A DNA stretch of 64,000 nucleotides from Eledone cirrhosa (GCA_964016885.1 OZ024742.1:73656001-73720000); one strand, 5' to 3'; positions 28,911 to 42,679 are shown, numbered from the stretch's first letter. The notes: a model not told the origin generated them from the sequence alone. Program-made: numbers and translations.

Positions 28911-31159
28911 CCTTATATATATATATATATATATATGCACTACCTTTGTATTTTAAAAAAATCCCATGATACTATAAGTATCAAATGTATGTGTGAGTGG
29001 AGAGGGGGGGGGATTGTATATGATCCAACAAAAGTGCCCCAATGATGATCATCATCATCATTGTTTAACGTCAATTTTCCACGCTAGCATGGGTCTGGGC
29101 GGAAATTGTCCCACTTAAGATTGGTGGGTTTTCTACGGCTGGATGCCCTTCCTAACACCAACCACGTTTACAGTGTGGACTGGGAGGTTTTTACCGTGTT
29201 ACCTACACGGCACATATATATATATATATATAATAGTACTGCTGCTCTCATTCATATTTTAGTGGTATGCCACACAATTCTCTTGACATCCCAAGTAGGT
29301 TCATTATTTTTATTATTGCTATTAGTGCTTTTCATCCTTTTGAGGGAGATAAAATACCAGTCTTAGATTTGTTGGCTTCTACCAATATTAGAAATCATTG
29401 TTATTATTACTTCTGACCCTGCACCTATGGAAGAAATTATTGCTGCTGTTGTTGTTATGGTTATTATTATAATATGGGTGGTAAGTTGACAGAATCGGTA
29501 GTGTCGGACAACATGCTTAGCGGCATAGTGTTACGACCCTTCACATTCTGAATTCAAATCCCACCGAGGTTAGCTTTGCCTTTCATCCTTACGAGGTCGA
29601 TAAAATAAAGTACCAGTAACACACTGGGGTCGATTTAATCGACTTTCCATTTCGTCAAAATTGCTGACCTTATGCCAAATGTAGAAACAATTATTATTAT
29701 TATTATTATAAGGGTGGTGGGTTGGCAGAATCGGTAGAGTGTCGGACAACATGCTTAGTGGCATAGAGTTATGGCACTTTACGTTCTGAATTCAAATCCC
29801 GCCGAGGTTAGCTTTGCCTTTCATCCTTACGGGGGTCGATAAAATAAAGTACCAGTAATGCACTGCGGTCGATTTAATCGACTTTCCATTCCCCCCAAAT
29901 TGCTGGCTTTGTGCCTATAGTAGAAATTATTATTATTATAGGCCAAGGTTAATTTTGCCTTTCATCCTTACGGGGTCGATAAAATAAAGTACCAGTAATG
30001 CACTGGGTAATTGCTGGCCTTGTGCCAAAAGTAGAAACAATTATTATTATTATTATGAAACAGTTTTCTGCATTAAAATGTCAACAGTTTTGAAATTTAT
30101 GTGGATTTCTTTCTTTTCTTCCTGCCAATCCCCATTTTTTTTTTCTTGCCAACTTTGCTCAATCCAGGAGAGATGGATGGTATGAAGAGTTCACCCCCCA
30201 ACGGTCCAGGTACACCTCGAGAAGATTTACCCCCTGGTAGTACTGGTGAAATTGGAGGATACAGCCTTGGCTATCAGGAAAACGTAAGTCAGATCAGCTT
30301 GTGAATGCACTTTGGCCTAACTGAAAGAGAAGAATACTGCCGTAACATAATGGTCACATCAAAATGGCTATGTCACAGATCCATCCTTCTGGTAATGGTG
30401 CCGTTTGCATGAGCTGGCTGCCTGAAGCTTTTCTTTCTTATTCTCTTGTCATTCTCTCTCTCTCTCTCCCTTATCTTTTACTCTCTTTCCCCCTTCCCTG
30501 GCCTTCCTCACTTTTCATATACTCTACTACCACATTTACTACATCCAATCTTCCTTCTCCTTTAAACCCTTCACTTTACCCAGGAAAAAAAAAAAGAAAT
30601 CAAGAACATGAAGAAAGAAAGGAAAAAATAAGAAGAAACCCTTGAAAAGCTGACTTCTTTACCATTCACTAAGTTCTATTAAACAATCTCAATGGTTATG
30701 AAGCCCTTCCGTTCCACATAACCTCTAACCTCTCTTGTATGATTAAAACCATTTATTTTTTTTAAACTTAGAGAATCTTTGTAACTTCCCTCCTTTTCTG
30801 CTGTGACCTGGTTCCTTATTCCTTGCAAGCAATTGCATGTTGGTTTCCCCACACAACCCTATCTCTCTCCAGCTAGCAGCAAATTCAGCCGAATCATAGA
30901 TAATTCACACACATCTAACTTATCTCCTGAAAACGTTATCACCTCATTATTCGCCAACATCCATGATGCATTCTCACCATCTCAACTGCCAAATTCACGC
31001 TCATTACGAGCAAGCGTTTCCTATCTATATTTCTATCATATTATGATTTTTCAGGATCAAAATGAATCGGCAGCTATCCTTAAGATAAAGGAATCTATGC
31101 AGGAGGAGGCAAAACGATTTGAAAAAGAGGCCGACCACCCAGAATATTTCATGCAATAA
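8028..31159 (+). CDS. SSBP3: Ssdp / single-stranded DNA-binding protein (SSBP2/3/4 family, LDB1/Chip cofactor); 3' part, 11 coding exons, 5' exons upstream of the window
   Basis: Exons 8028-8105, 10433-10490, 12349-12416, 16480-16556, 19089-19134, 20052-20087, 21598-21652, 22264-22328, 26112-26178, 30168-30283 and 31055-31159 all have AG/GT boundaries and matching phases. They join to 771 nt: PFMSPRFPGGPR...NSMDPRPGHPGIGPMQRMN...NYGGIRGPPPNSMGP...RPWP...YSSASPGSYNGPP...PGTPIMPSPQDST...PGTPRED...ESAAILKIKESMQEEAKRFEK..*. Motifs and exon order follow vertebrate SSBP3 as recalled. Confidence 0.95.
8641..8924 (+). mobile_element. tRNA-derived Nin/Deu-domain-like SINE with internally repeated 3' half; 12-bp target-site duplication
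   Basis: A-box-like tggcagtatcggtagag, B-box gagttcaaatcc, core tttgcctttcatccttacgaggtcgataaaat..agtaccag; attacctcttaa at 8629-8640 and 8925-8936. Confidence 0.85.
9421..9863. mobile_element. TTAA-flanked MITE (piggyBac-like termini) carrying a nested second MITE
   Basis: ttaa|ccctttcattacca ... tggtaacaaaaggg|ttaa terminal inverted repeats; body alignable to 54083-54337 and 54997-55218. Confidence 0.8.
9520..9730 (-). mobile_element. Nested TTAA MITE (family B)
   Basis: Flanked by ttaa at 9516-9519 and 9731-9734; reverse complement of 52291-52504. Confidence 0.8.
10433..10490 (+). CDS. SSBP3: Ssdp exon: PPGGAAGQMSMPNSMDPRP(G) (phase 0/1)
   Basis: ttgtag acceptor, cag|gtagg donor, PNSMDP motif. 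Confidence 0.92.
10546..10921. mobile_element. hAT/Charlie-like MITE
   Basis: cagtgctcttcaa ... ttggagaccacag imperfect TIRs; 8-bp near-TSD gtttagat (10538-10545) / atttagat (10922-10929). Confidence 0.55.
11380..11683. repeat. Minisatellite, 23-24-bp unit cctggtatatrtgacatgccaat, about 13 copies
   Basis: Visible tandem periodicity. Confidence 0.95.
12349..12416 (+). CDS. SSBP3: Ssdp exon: (G)HPGIGPMQRMNHPGRMQGPINP (phase 1/0)
   Basis: cccttcactttccaacag acceptor, gttagt donor, GHP..MQRMN motif. Confidence 0.92.
12575..12860 (-). mobile_element. Diverged antisense SINE related to the 62.7-kb family
   Basis: aagtggctgagcattccacaaacgtgtgtctccttaatgaaattctcag..., ending ctttagccagac (head remnant). 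Confidence 0.65.
13130..16165 (+). mobile_element. RTE-clade non-LTR retrotransposon (LINE), near full length, inactivated; intronic, same orientation as Ssdp
   Basis: ATG at 13212 (MKTSQLRVATLNVGTL). APE endonuclease motifs (LVGDFNGHVG, QIDFLL, PQHRLVV), RT motifs (NYRGI, QFGF, AFVDLQKAFDRV, GVHQGSVLSPLLF, YADD), a C4HC3 finger and RGRGRPRKTW. Stop at 16153, then a short 3' end with an (ATG)n tail. Multiple stops, frameshifts and internal deletions. Confidence 0.95.
13212..16153 (+). pseudogene. Disrupted APE-RT polyprotein ORF of the RTE LINE
   Basis: ORF-track pieces 14485-15042, 15064-15321 and 15325-15684 are in one frame separated by single stops; the other pieces are linked by frameshifts. 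Confidence 0.9.
16480..16556 (+). CDS. SSBP3: Ssdp exon: NYGGIRGPPPNSMGPTAPGAMPPMS(M) (phase 0/2); alternative in-frame start at 16462
   Basis: Two AG acceptors 18 nt apart (ending 16461 and 16479), gtaagt donor, NYG..R.PPPNS motif. Confidence 0.88.
16975..17240 (-). mobile_element. Antisense copy of the 62.7-kb CORE-like SINE family
   Basis: aacagcctgcttgtgaaattaatgtgcaggtggctgagcattccac ... taaagtgtcttgctcaaag ... tttgaactcac. Confidence 0.8.
18155..18222 (+). mobile_element. Short RTE RT-region fragment
   Basis: Reads NGSLEVVDIFCYLGDLIS, matching GTIEVVDSFRQLGDQIS of the LINE at about 15600. Confidence 0.6.
18261..18912 (+). mobile_element. Composite SINE: tRNA head + CORE-like domain + Ceph-like body + RTE 3' tail, followed by a second Ceph/RTE-tail unit
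   Basis: tggcttagtggttagagc A-box, gagttcaattc B-box, ccttgagcaagacactttatttcac CORE-like segment, gttaggaagggcatccagctgtag, and tail cccacccttgcaagcagggaaaagtggacgtaaaatga(tga)n nearly identical to LINE 16121-16163. Confidence 0.85.
19089..19134 (+). CDS. SSBP3: Ssdp exon: (M)PGGQGNRPWPPTSSS (phase 2/0)
   Basis: ttttatttcctcag acceptor, gtaagt donor, RPWP motif. Confidence 0.93.
19271..19563. repeat. Minisatellite, 30-bp unit tatagctgtactgatgtatacagcctggta, about 10 copies
   Basis: Visible tandem periodicity; the unit contains a gctgta/tacagc inverted pair. Confidence 0.95.
19583..19713. repeat. Minisatellite, 28-bp unit taacacagtgttataggactgtcaggtg, about 4.5 copies
   Basis: Visible tandem periodicity directly after the 30-bp array. 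Confidence 0.9.
20052..20087 (+). CDS. SSBP3: Ssdp exon: INYSSASPGSYN (phase 0/0)
   Basis: Long pyrimidine tract plus ccag, gtaagt donor, YSS.SPG.Y motif. Confidence 0.93.
20262..20765 (+). mobile_element. Older 5'-truncated RTE LINE 3' fragment
   Basis: Degenerate KGRLY..CV..AMLHG...LERNE.SML.W..N...RGR.R homology to 15750-16160, ending in cgtctaactcaagcaatcatg...gatgatgat. Confidence 0.8.
21200..21395. repeat. Degenerate tandem repeat ctatctcagactatattatccatg, about 6 copies
   Basis: gactatattatc recurs at irregular 27-47-bp spacing. Confidence 0.8.
21598..21652 (+). CDS. SSBP3: Ssdp exon: GPPATGGAPGTPIMPSPQ(D) (phase 0/1)
   Basis: ttttatag acceptor, aag|gtagg donor, PGTPIMPSP motif. Confidence 0.95.
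21840..22110 (+). mobile_element. Ceph-like SINE body with RTE tail
   Basis: gcacccagtccac.., ggtgttacggagggcatccagcc, tail aacccatgcaagtgtggaaaaatagacattaaacggtgatgat. Confidence 0.75.
22264..22328 (+). CDS. SSBP3: Ssdp exon: (D)STSSGDGMYGMMKASMPNMAG (phase 1/0)
   Basis: ttctag acceptor, gtgagt donor, DST.S.D..Y motif. Confidence 0.92.
22565..23055 (+). mobile_element. Two diverged tandem Nin-like SINE copies
   Basis: gaggttaaatttgttttcatc..gttgataaaataggtaccag (about 22700) and gaagtcaactttgcctttcatccttccagggtcaataaaata (about 22930). Confidence 0.7.
26112..26178 (+). CDS. SSBP3: Ssdp exon: FPPMGGPDGGMPMGADMPAVMN(G) (phase 0/1)
   Basis: gcctttgctag acceptor, acg|gtaagt donor, FP.MG..DG..MNG motif. 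Confidence 0.92.
28738..29045. repeat. Long inverted repeat, ~110-bp unique-sequence arms around a (TA)n centre
   Basis: tcattggggcacttttgttggatcatatacaa...tacaaaggtagtgcata is mirrored by tatgcactacctttgta...ttgtatatgatccaacaaaagtgccccaatga; differences are only in homopolymer runs. Confidence 0.97.
29046..29212 (-). mobile_element. Ceph-like SINE 3' part with RTE tail, antisense
   Basis: catcatcatcattgtttaacgtc..ttttccacgctagcatggg and tacggctggatgcccttcctaacacc are reverse complements of the tail and Ceph motifs. Confidence 0.8.
29476..30056 (+). mobile_element. Head-to-tail array of the same Nin-like SINE (two full copies plus one 3' half) separated by (ATT)n
   Basis: gcctttcatccttacgrggtcgataaaataaagtaccagtaa occurs three times; tRNA-like heads at about 29476 and 29711. 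Confidence 0.88.
30168..30283 (+). CDS. SSBP3: Ssdp exon: (G)EMDGMKSSPPNGPGTPREDLPPGSTGEIGGYSLGYQEN (phase 1/0)
   Basis: Pyrimidine tract plus ccag, gtaagt donor, PGTPR[ED]D motif. Confidence 0.94.
31055..31159 (+). CDS. SSBP3: Ssdp terminal coding exon: DQNESAAILKIKESMQEEAKRFEKEADHPEYFMQ*
   Basis: gatttttcag acceptor, phase 0 matches the preceding exon, TAA stop; resembles the invertebrate-type Ssdp C-terminus as recalled. Confidence 0.92.
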   Translation, partial: DQNESAAILKIKESMQEEAKRFEKEADHPEYFMQ

Positions 31160-31469
31160 CTGTTAACGGAAAGAGCAAGTAGCGTGTAAATTATTCTGCT
31201 ATTTATGGTTTGTATTTATGGGAAGTGAGCGCGAAGGAAGGAAAGAAGGAAGGAAGTAAGGGCACTGCCACCCGACCATAGCGCTGAGCTGAGACCCAGG
31301 TGTTGGCGAGTGTACTGAGGGATTAGGGCCTACCATAGCACTGTTACTTTACTCATTGTGTTCCATGTCTTTATTTAAGCATTATAACTAATTATTATTA
31401 TTATTATCATCGCCATTATTATTATATTTTTTTTATTTTTTACTTTTATTTACAAAAGAAAAATATTCA

Positions 31470-34880
<3,411 letters not shown>

Positions 34881-35904
34881 AAATGTGTATTTCCTACCCC
34901 TGCCCCATACCATTGTTCTGAAACAAATCACAAAGTATTCTTGCCTCCATTTTGCTACTACATATTTCAATTTTATTTTGCTTGCTGTGACATTTTTTGA
35001 AGCAGTCACCCACCCACCTGTTACTGATATATTCTGTCCCCTATCCTTATGTTACACATGTAAGGAGTCGGTCTGATACAGACTATGAAAGTAAGTGTTA
35101 GAAAGACCCTGCTGAAAAAACACAAAAAAAAACAAAGTAAAACTTTTCTTTTACAACACCACCACCAACAACAAATACTACTATTACTATGCTGAGCTCA
35201 GAAAGTACTGTGTACCCCATGAGAGAGAGCAACTGTCCCCCAGCTCTATTGTGATAAACTGTACTACTATTTAGACAGACCAAATAATCCCACCCACCCC
35301 ATTATGACCTATGTTGTTCTAGCTCCCCCTCTCTCTCTCTCTCTCTTTCCCCCTAATCCTTTGGCCTTACACAGCACCCCTTTGTTATAGACAAGCATGA
35401 GGATTATTTGAAGACAAGAATTAGGTCTTCAAAGCAAACATTTAGATTTAAGAACTTTTTCATTCCATTTTTCATTATTTGTTTTCCTTTTTTTTCCACA
35501 AATTTTTATTATTTTTCTGCCCCTCCTCTTTAGACTGGGTAGAGGTTGTAAGATTTGTTTTCTTCCCTTGGCCCCCATATTCTGTTATATAAAGCTAAAC
35601 TTGTCGCCTGATTAATGTTTAACAAAATACTCCTTTTTCTTGCTTAAAACCTTGCATGTTTGTTGTTTACTTTTTACATGAAACCGCCAGCTATATATTG
35701 GTTTAAAACAGCACCACAAATAACAACAACTATTGATCAGGTGTGATCTCATGGTTAATATGTTCAAGAAAACAAAATAATAACCACTTGGTTCAAGATG
35801 AATTCTTCCACCAGTCCCATCAGATACATAACAATGAAAACTGCTTGAAAAGATTTTGTATTTTAAGCCACATTATTATTAGTATTATTATGGTTTTTAT
35901 TGGC

Positions 35905-36340
35905 GATGAAGTGGCAGAAACAATAGTGCTCAACTAAATGCTTTGCAGTATTTAGTTTAATCCTCCTGTTTTAGGTTCAAATCCTTCCGGGTCTTTTGGC
36001 ATTCACCCCTTGGGTTGATAAAACAAGCATCTATCATACATTGGGGTTTATTCAGTCAGTTATGCGCTTCCCCATATAAGAACCTATGATTATTATCAAT
36101 GTGGTGTGATAAAATGAAGTTACAGAGCACCAAGTTAAATGCTTTACAATATTCATTTCCCTTCTCCCCTCGATCTGTTATCAATAAAAAAAATCTCGCC
36201 AGGGTCAACTTTGCCTTTCTTCCCTCCAGTGATGATAAATTAAGTACCTGTTGTGTACTTAGGGGTTAATTTGTTCGAGCCACTAATCTCCCCACTCTCT
36301 TTCAGCAGATGGCTTTCGGCCTAAATAACAAATCATTAAC
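35905..36340 (+). mobile_element. Two diverged Nin-like SINE copies
   Basis: ggcgatgaagtggcagaa head, ggttcaaatcc B-box, gggtcaactttgcctttcttccctccagtgatgataaattaagtacc core. Confidence 0.65.
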
Positions 36341-38080
36341 TACAAATCTAAATATAAAATAACATCCTCCCACGTCCCATTTAAAAAAAATTTGATTAAG
36401 GGTTTTTTGGGGGGAGACTGGGTAGGTGTTTGAGCCCCCCCCCCCCCCCACACACACACACACCACCACCACCTCGTTTTTATTTTTTAAAATTTGTTTT
36501 TCAATGTATTTCCCCTCCTAATGTCTTCTGTATTACAACAATGTCTTCTGTGTTCATTGTCAGTCACTTCTGATCCAATGTCACACACAGCTCTTCTCTT
36601 CGCCAACTTATAAGGATGAGGTGAACAATGAGGAGTTTGCTATATTTTTTTTATTCATTTTTTTTTTACTCTTTAGGGTGCATAACAGTAACATAACCAT
36701 ACACCTCGTCTCTTTTCTTTTCACCCTTCTCCTCCTCCCTCCCCCACCTCTTAATCATTGTCATTCTAATGGTACATGAACTACACACACATATACGCCA
36801 TACACAAAAATTGAGATTTTAATTCTATATTTTACATTTGTTTGATTATGTGGGATGGGTGTCAAGAAAATGTATTAGTTATATGTTACTGAATCATCTT
36901 ATACCGATTTGATCATTATGAAAAAAAATAAAAAATAATAAAACAAAAATAAAAAATTTTTTTTTTGAAGAATTACAACCCATACAATTAAACCAACCCC
37001 TAAACTATTAGATTAAACCAGACCCAAACTATAAACTCAACCCCCAACTGTCAATATCCGTGTTGGAAGATGATCTTCCTAAAAAATGTTCACAATTCTC
37101 CAACCACAAAAGATTTATAATAATAATAATAATTAATACTATTACTAAGCCACGTTGGAGGTTGTTGTTCTGTATATTTGTTAACCTGTCTATGGCTGAT
37201 CATTTTAAGCTACTTATTTTCAGCTTTTGTATTTTTAAAATGAGAAGAAGAAAAATTAACTAAAAACACATTCTTGAATATAAAATATATAAATATATAT
37301 ATATATATATAAACGTATGTGTGAGTGTGTGTGTGTTTGCACTCATGCAGCAAATGAAAATATTTATAATATTCTCGTGCATGTGTAACATCTGTGCGTG
37401 TGTGTACTTGTGTGAGTGAGTGTCTGTGTGTGTGTATGCACGTATGTGTGCATGTTCATACTCTATAAATACATTTCAGACTGAGCAAAGGTCAGCGTGT
37501 CGTCATAACGATTTTGATACCTAAAGGTTTTCTTAGCTTAGTGGGAACTAGTCAAATCCTGTTGCTTATTACAACATTAATTTCTTTTTTTTACCCCCTC
37601 CCCCTCACCTACCTGCCTCTGTTGTGGCAGTCCATACCCTCCATCTAACCATACCATGCTGTCTTCTCTCTCTCTCTCTCTCTCACCTTGACTAACCCAT
37701 TAAATCCACTGCTGTTATCAAGTGTGGATCTTCCACAGTCTGATTCTCTGATGGGAGCTCGATGTTTTACGCTTGATCTTATCAGACTTTCCATCACATC
37801 ATCATTCATTCACTCACAGACAGCAACTTTAAATAAAAGACTTATTTATTATTTATTTATTAAGCTTGTTATAATATATAATACAGTTTTAGCCCCCACC
37901 CCACCCGCACTCCTTTTATGGGCTGCATCATTACTGATCCCCACTCTGCAGCCCTGTTTAGATGAAGGGTAAAAGTAAATATAAAAATGTTTAAACCTGA
38001 GTTTCCGTCTTATGTGTGAGTAAAGACAAGTTGTAACAAATTTATTAATGATTGCTACTACAGGTAAGGACACCTTGATC

Positions 38081-38743
38081 CCTTATCGTAGCTAAATGGG
38101 AGACTGTATCCTTGAACCCCTTACTGTAGCTAAAAAAGTGAAAGTTGAATCTTCAAACTCTTACTGTGCCTAAAAGGGAGAAAGTTGAACCTTAAATACC
38201 TTACTGTAGCTAAGAGGGGGGGGGGGGGGGTGAACGAGAATGTTGCGCCTCAGTCTTTTATTGTAACTGAGAGGGAGAAAGTTGAACCTTAAACACATTA
38301 CTGTAGCTAAGAGGGAGTACATTGAATGTTGAGCTTCTTTCTGTAGCTGAGAGGGAGAATTTTGAACCTTAAGTCTCTTACTGTAGCTGAGAGGGAGTAT
38401 GTTGAGCCTCGAGTCTCTTACTGTAGCTGAGAGGAAGTACGTTGAACCTCGAGTCTCTTACTGTAGCTGAGAGGGAGTACGTTAAACCTTGAGTCTCTTA
38501 CTGTAACTGTGAGGGAGTACATTGAACCTCAAGTCTCTTACTGTAGCCGAGAGGAAGTACGTTGAACCTCGAGTCTCTTACTGTAGCTGAGAGGAAGTAC
38601 GTTGAACCTCGAGTCTCTTACTGTAACTGTGAGGGAGTACATTGAACCTCAAGTCTCTTACTGTAGCCGAGAGAGAGAACTTTGAACCTTGAAGCCTTTA
38701 TTGTAGATAAGAGGGAGATTGTTGAACCCTTACTGTAGTTAAG
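38081..38743. repeat. Minisatellite, 40-bp unit ctgtagctgagagggagtacgttgaacctcgagtctctta, about 16 copies, with a 120-bp higher-order repeat
   Basis: Exact 40-bp period in 38341-38700; variant block ctgtaactgtgagggagtacattgaacctcaagtctcttactgtagccgagag at 38501 and 38621. Confidence 0.95.
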
Positions 38744-41700
38744 AACTCTATTAAATTATAACTAATATATACATACTTACTAGGCACATCTCTTCTTTCT
38801 CATACATCAATTTATCCTTTTTAATCTCCTTATCTCTCTTCTTCACTATGCCCTCCTCCCCATCCAATCTAATCATTGTAGCACCATTTTTTTTTTATAG
38901 GTATTTGGGTTTTTTCTCAATTTTTTCTTCATTTTCTTTAAAAAATCACATTCAATGATTTTTTTATAAACTACAAAGGAAACTAAGAAGACAGAACACT
39001 AACAATAACAACCAAAATATTGTGTATTGCCCCCCTACTGTCCTCTCTAATTGTACATAGCCTGACAGCCTGACCCCAAATTATACAGGGTCCACCTTTT
39101 ATTGTGACAGAGGGCTATATATATATTTTCATATTATCAATTTAATGTCATTACAACTTTTTTTTTAAATTTTAATTCCCTTCCCTCTCCTCTATATGTA
39201 ATGTCTGCTATTGAGGCCTAGCATAAGAAGCCACTGCTTTGATCTTTCCCATCTTCCCCATCTTTCTGGTTGACCCTAATCTATGTAATTTCTACATTCA
39301 ATATTTTAATATTTTGAAACTATTTTCATCTCTTTCACTTGAAATATTTTCTATGATATATGTTGAATACATATTCAAAGTGGTTTTAATTTTTTTTCCC
39401 CACATATATAGTTCATACTCTGAAAATGTATCAACATTCTTCTTTGGATTTGTTAAAGCCATGAAAATTTGTTTATAAATTTGTTTATAAATCTTAAGCT
39501 TTATTCTTTTAGACTTTCTTACTAAAAGACCAACTCTTTTAACTTTGCTCCATTTCATCTATGCCCTGTTAGCAGATTTTGTTATTCAAATTTTCACTCC
39601 TATCTTCCTCCTTTAAATTCCTTTAACAACTGGGGAACACATTTTTAAAATCAAAATGATACAATTCAGTGGCTTCTGTTCTGTGTGGGAAGTGTTGGTT
39701 CTAGTTACAACTCTTTTCACTATTTTTTTCATTTGTTTAAAGTAATTGGCACATAGACTGGACCAAAATACCAAATTCTCGAACTCCTTAATAGAAATGC
39801 TAAATTCTTTAATAGGAAAAAAATATCTCAACACTAAAATATTATAACATCTAACAACATCTCAGACGTTTTTTTTTCGGGCATGAGGAGTTTTGCTTAT
39901 GCTTTATGTAGTAAGAGCATTATTACTAGGAATTATTATTACTGTATAGTGAAATTGTCAGTGTCTCATGGCTGTAGCATTTAAAATATTATAGTAGCAA
40001 TAAATTGTTATAAAACATAATGGTTGGCATTTGAAGTTAACTGCTCTCATTTCTCATTTTTAGTGGGTCCATTGATAATGTACCATTTCCTATACCCATA
40101 AATCCCATAGAAAAATTATGAGTGAAGATCTCTGGGAAGAGTTTGCTTTCACTCATTACCCTTAAATTACATCCTTAATACACGCGGGGACATCATTAAC
40201 ATCACATACCTCCTATGGCTTTCCCTTAAAAATCTCAGATTTCTTGTCTTTGCCAGAAACCAACATTCAAAATGTTTCAGTGCCAAAAGCTATATAATGC
40301 TGCTCACATCACCTCATATGGTAATTATAAATTTGGTTTCTGCTAATTCTTACATTATTGACCAGTTGAAACAGAGGTGCAGATCTGAAGGGAACAATTT
40401 TAACAGATATATATCCAACATTGAGACTGTAGCTCTGCAGGAAATACTGTCTGAAATAGCATACTCATTACCCTGTTTTGCCTGTTTGTATCTATATGTC
40501 CATATACACAATATTTATACATTAACCTTCTTCCTTCAATATTCAACTTGGTTAAAATGTTTTGTGTGCATGTATGTATGTACATGCATACCATGTGGCA
40601 ATAGCCCTACTTGAGTGTCTCAGTGTAGCTTATGTTTGGATGATTACTGGTTGCAATATTCCAAACTATCCATCTTATCATCCGTCTTTACATTATGGAA
40701 GCAATTGTCCACATCTATGACGACTGTCAAAAACGACTTTGGTAAAGCTGAAGGTTCATACTCCATACTCTTCTATGTGTCTTGGACTGAACAACTGGCC
40801 ATTTCCAAATTATGTTGCACAGTGTGGGGGGGGGGGGGGGGGCATAGTAGTAGCAGGTGGAGTTGGTGTGTGAATATGGGATAGGGGTATATTTTATGAA
40901 AGTTTAGTTTACTTGCTATTATTATTACTGTTTTTTTAACACAAATTTCTGAAATATTCCATTAAGTTCATCTTAATCCTTCTACATATTTGCAGCAATT
41001 GTGCCAACTTGAGTAGATTAGACTCCTAACATATATACATATACCAGTGAATTGGTAATGTGTTCAGACATACCATACAAAAACATTTTCAATGCCCAAT
41101 TTCAAATTTATCCACTGACCATTCTAGTATCTTCTGGTTCCAGATGTATGGGTCCATTAATTATACATGCTTATTAACTTCTGGCTGTAAATATATAGAC
41201 CAATACCTTTTGGACCTAGTCCTACATGCCCAATAATTTTTGGTTCCAGTCATATGTATCCATTAACTTAACACAGTGATTTTCTTGAACTAAGAGTTTT
41301 TATATTCAAAGTATTTTTTTTCTGTTATATCGTTTTTACACCCTTATTGTGGTGGACATATTTTTCACATTGTCATATTTTCAATTTAAAAAAAAAAATT
41401 CAAAAATTATATTTTTCTTAATTTCTTTTTCATTTTTTCTTGTTTGTTTCTTTTTTTTTTGTTTCTATTTATTCTTGCTGGCTTCCCCCCAGAGATCATG
41501 TCTAGGCCATCAGGCAGCTCCCATCAAAAGCTGTATGTACATAAACCCTCAAATGAGCATTCGATGCTGTTATCAGGTTAATATTTCCTTGGCACTGATC
41601 AATGTCTGTTCAATTTGAAATTACTTTTACAGTGTTTCAGCCAGTGTTATCTTCTTTCAAATTTCTGACTTTTTCTTATTTATTCGTAGACTAGCCAAGG

Positions 41701-42296
41701 AAAATTTAAATCTATGTATTGTGAGTTGTGATTAAAATTTAAGATTTTTTTTTTTTCCCTTGTAGATTTTCTCAATTATTTTTCTTAAATGTTTTAACCA
41801 AAGAAATTAATTCTAGGAAAATATTCCACTCATTTTTTAATTTGATATTTTTCAAGTCAAAATTCTCTTTTTACCAATTCTGTTGGGTAATTTATAGTAA
41901 AATCAATTGTATTTGTTTAAACTTTTTATGCAATAATATCTTACACTAGAAGAGGAAGACTGATTATCTTACTTAGTTCCTAAGGACTCATTTGGCTTTA
42001 AGTCTGTCTAATATTTTGTCTTTTAAACAGCAAATATTTGGCTTGATTTAACTAATCTAGCTTGTTGTAGTAGCAGGTATATATAAATGGTTGGACATGG
42101 TACTGTAGTGGCCAGTATATGATAAGACGGACACAATACTGTGGTGGCCAGTATATGCAAGGACAGATACAGACACAATAGTTATAGGAAATATAATATT
42201 AGTGTAACAAAAACAGGAGTACTAATTCTTCAGGGCTATCCTTATAGTTGTGAGAGACAGTGGAAGTTGTGTATCCTAGCTATAGATCTGGTTCAC

Positions 42297-42300
42297 TATA

Positions 42301-42343
<43 letters not shown>

Positions 42344-42472
42344 GTATATATATATATGTGTGTGTATGTTTTTATATATATATATATATATATGTGTGTG
42401 TATGTATATATATATATATATATGTATATGTATATATGTATATATAAATGTGTATATGTATGTGTATGTATA

Positions 42473-42503
<31 letters not shown>

Positions 42504-42632
42504 GTGTATATATATATGTATATGTATATATATATGTATATGTATATGTGTATATGTATATATATATATGTATATATGTGTATATGTATGTATATATGTG
42601 TATATGTATGTATATATGTGTATATGTATGTA

Positions 42633-42679
<47 letters not shown>

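Noticed and set aside
38081-38743. 40-bp repeats as a CRISPR array
   Set aside because: Contiguous tandem units without spacers
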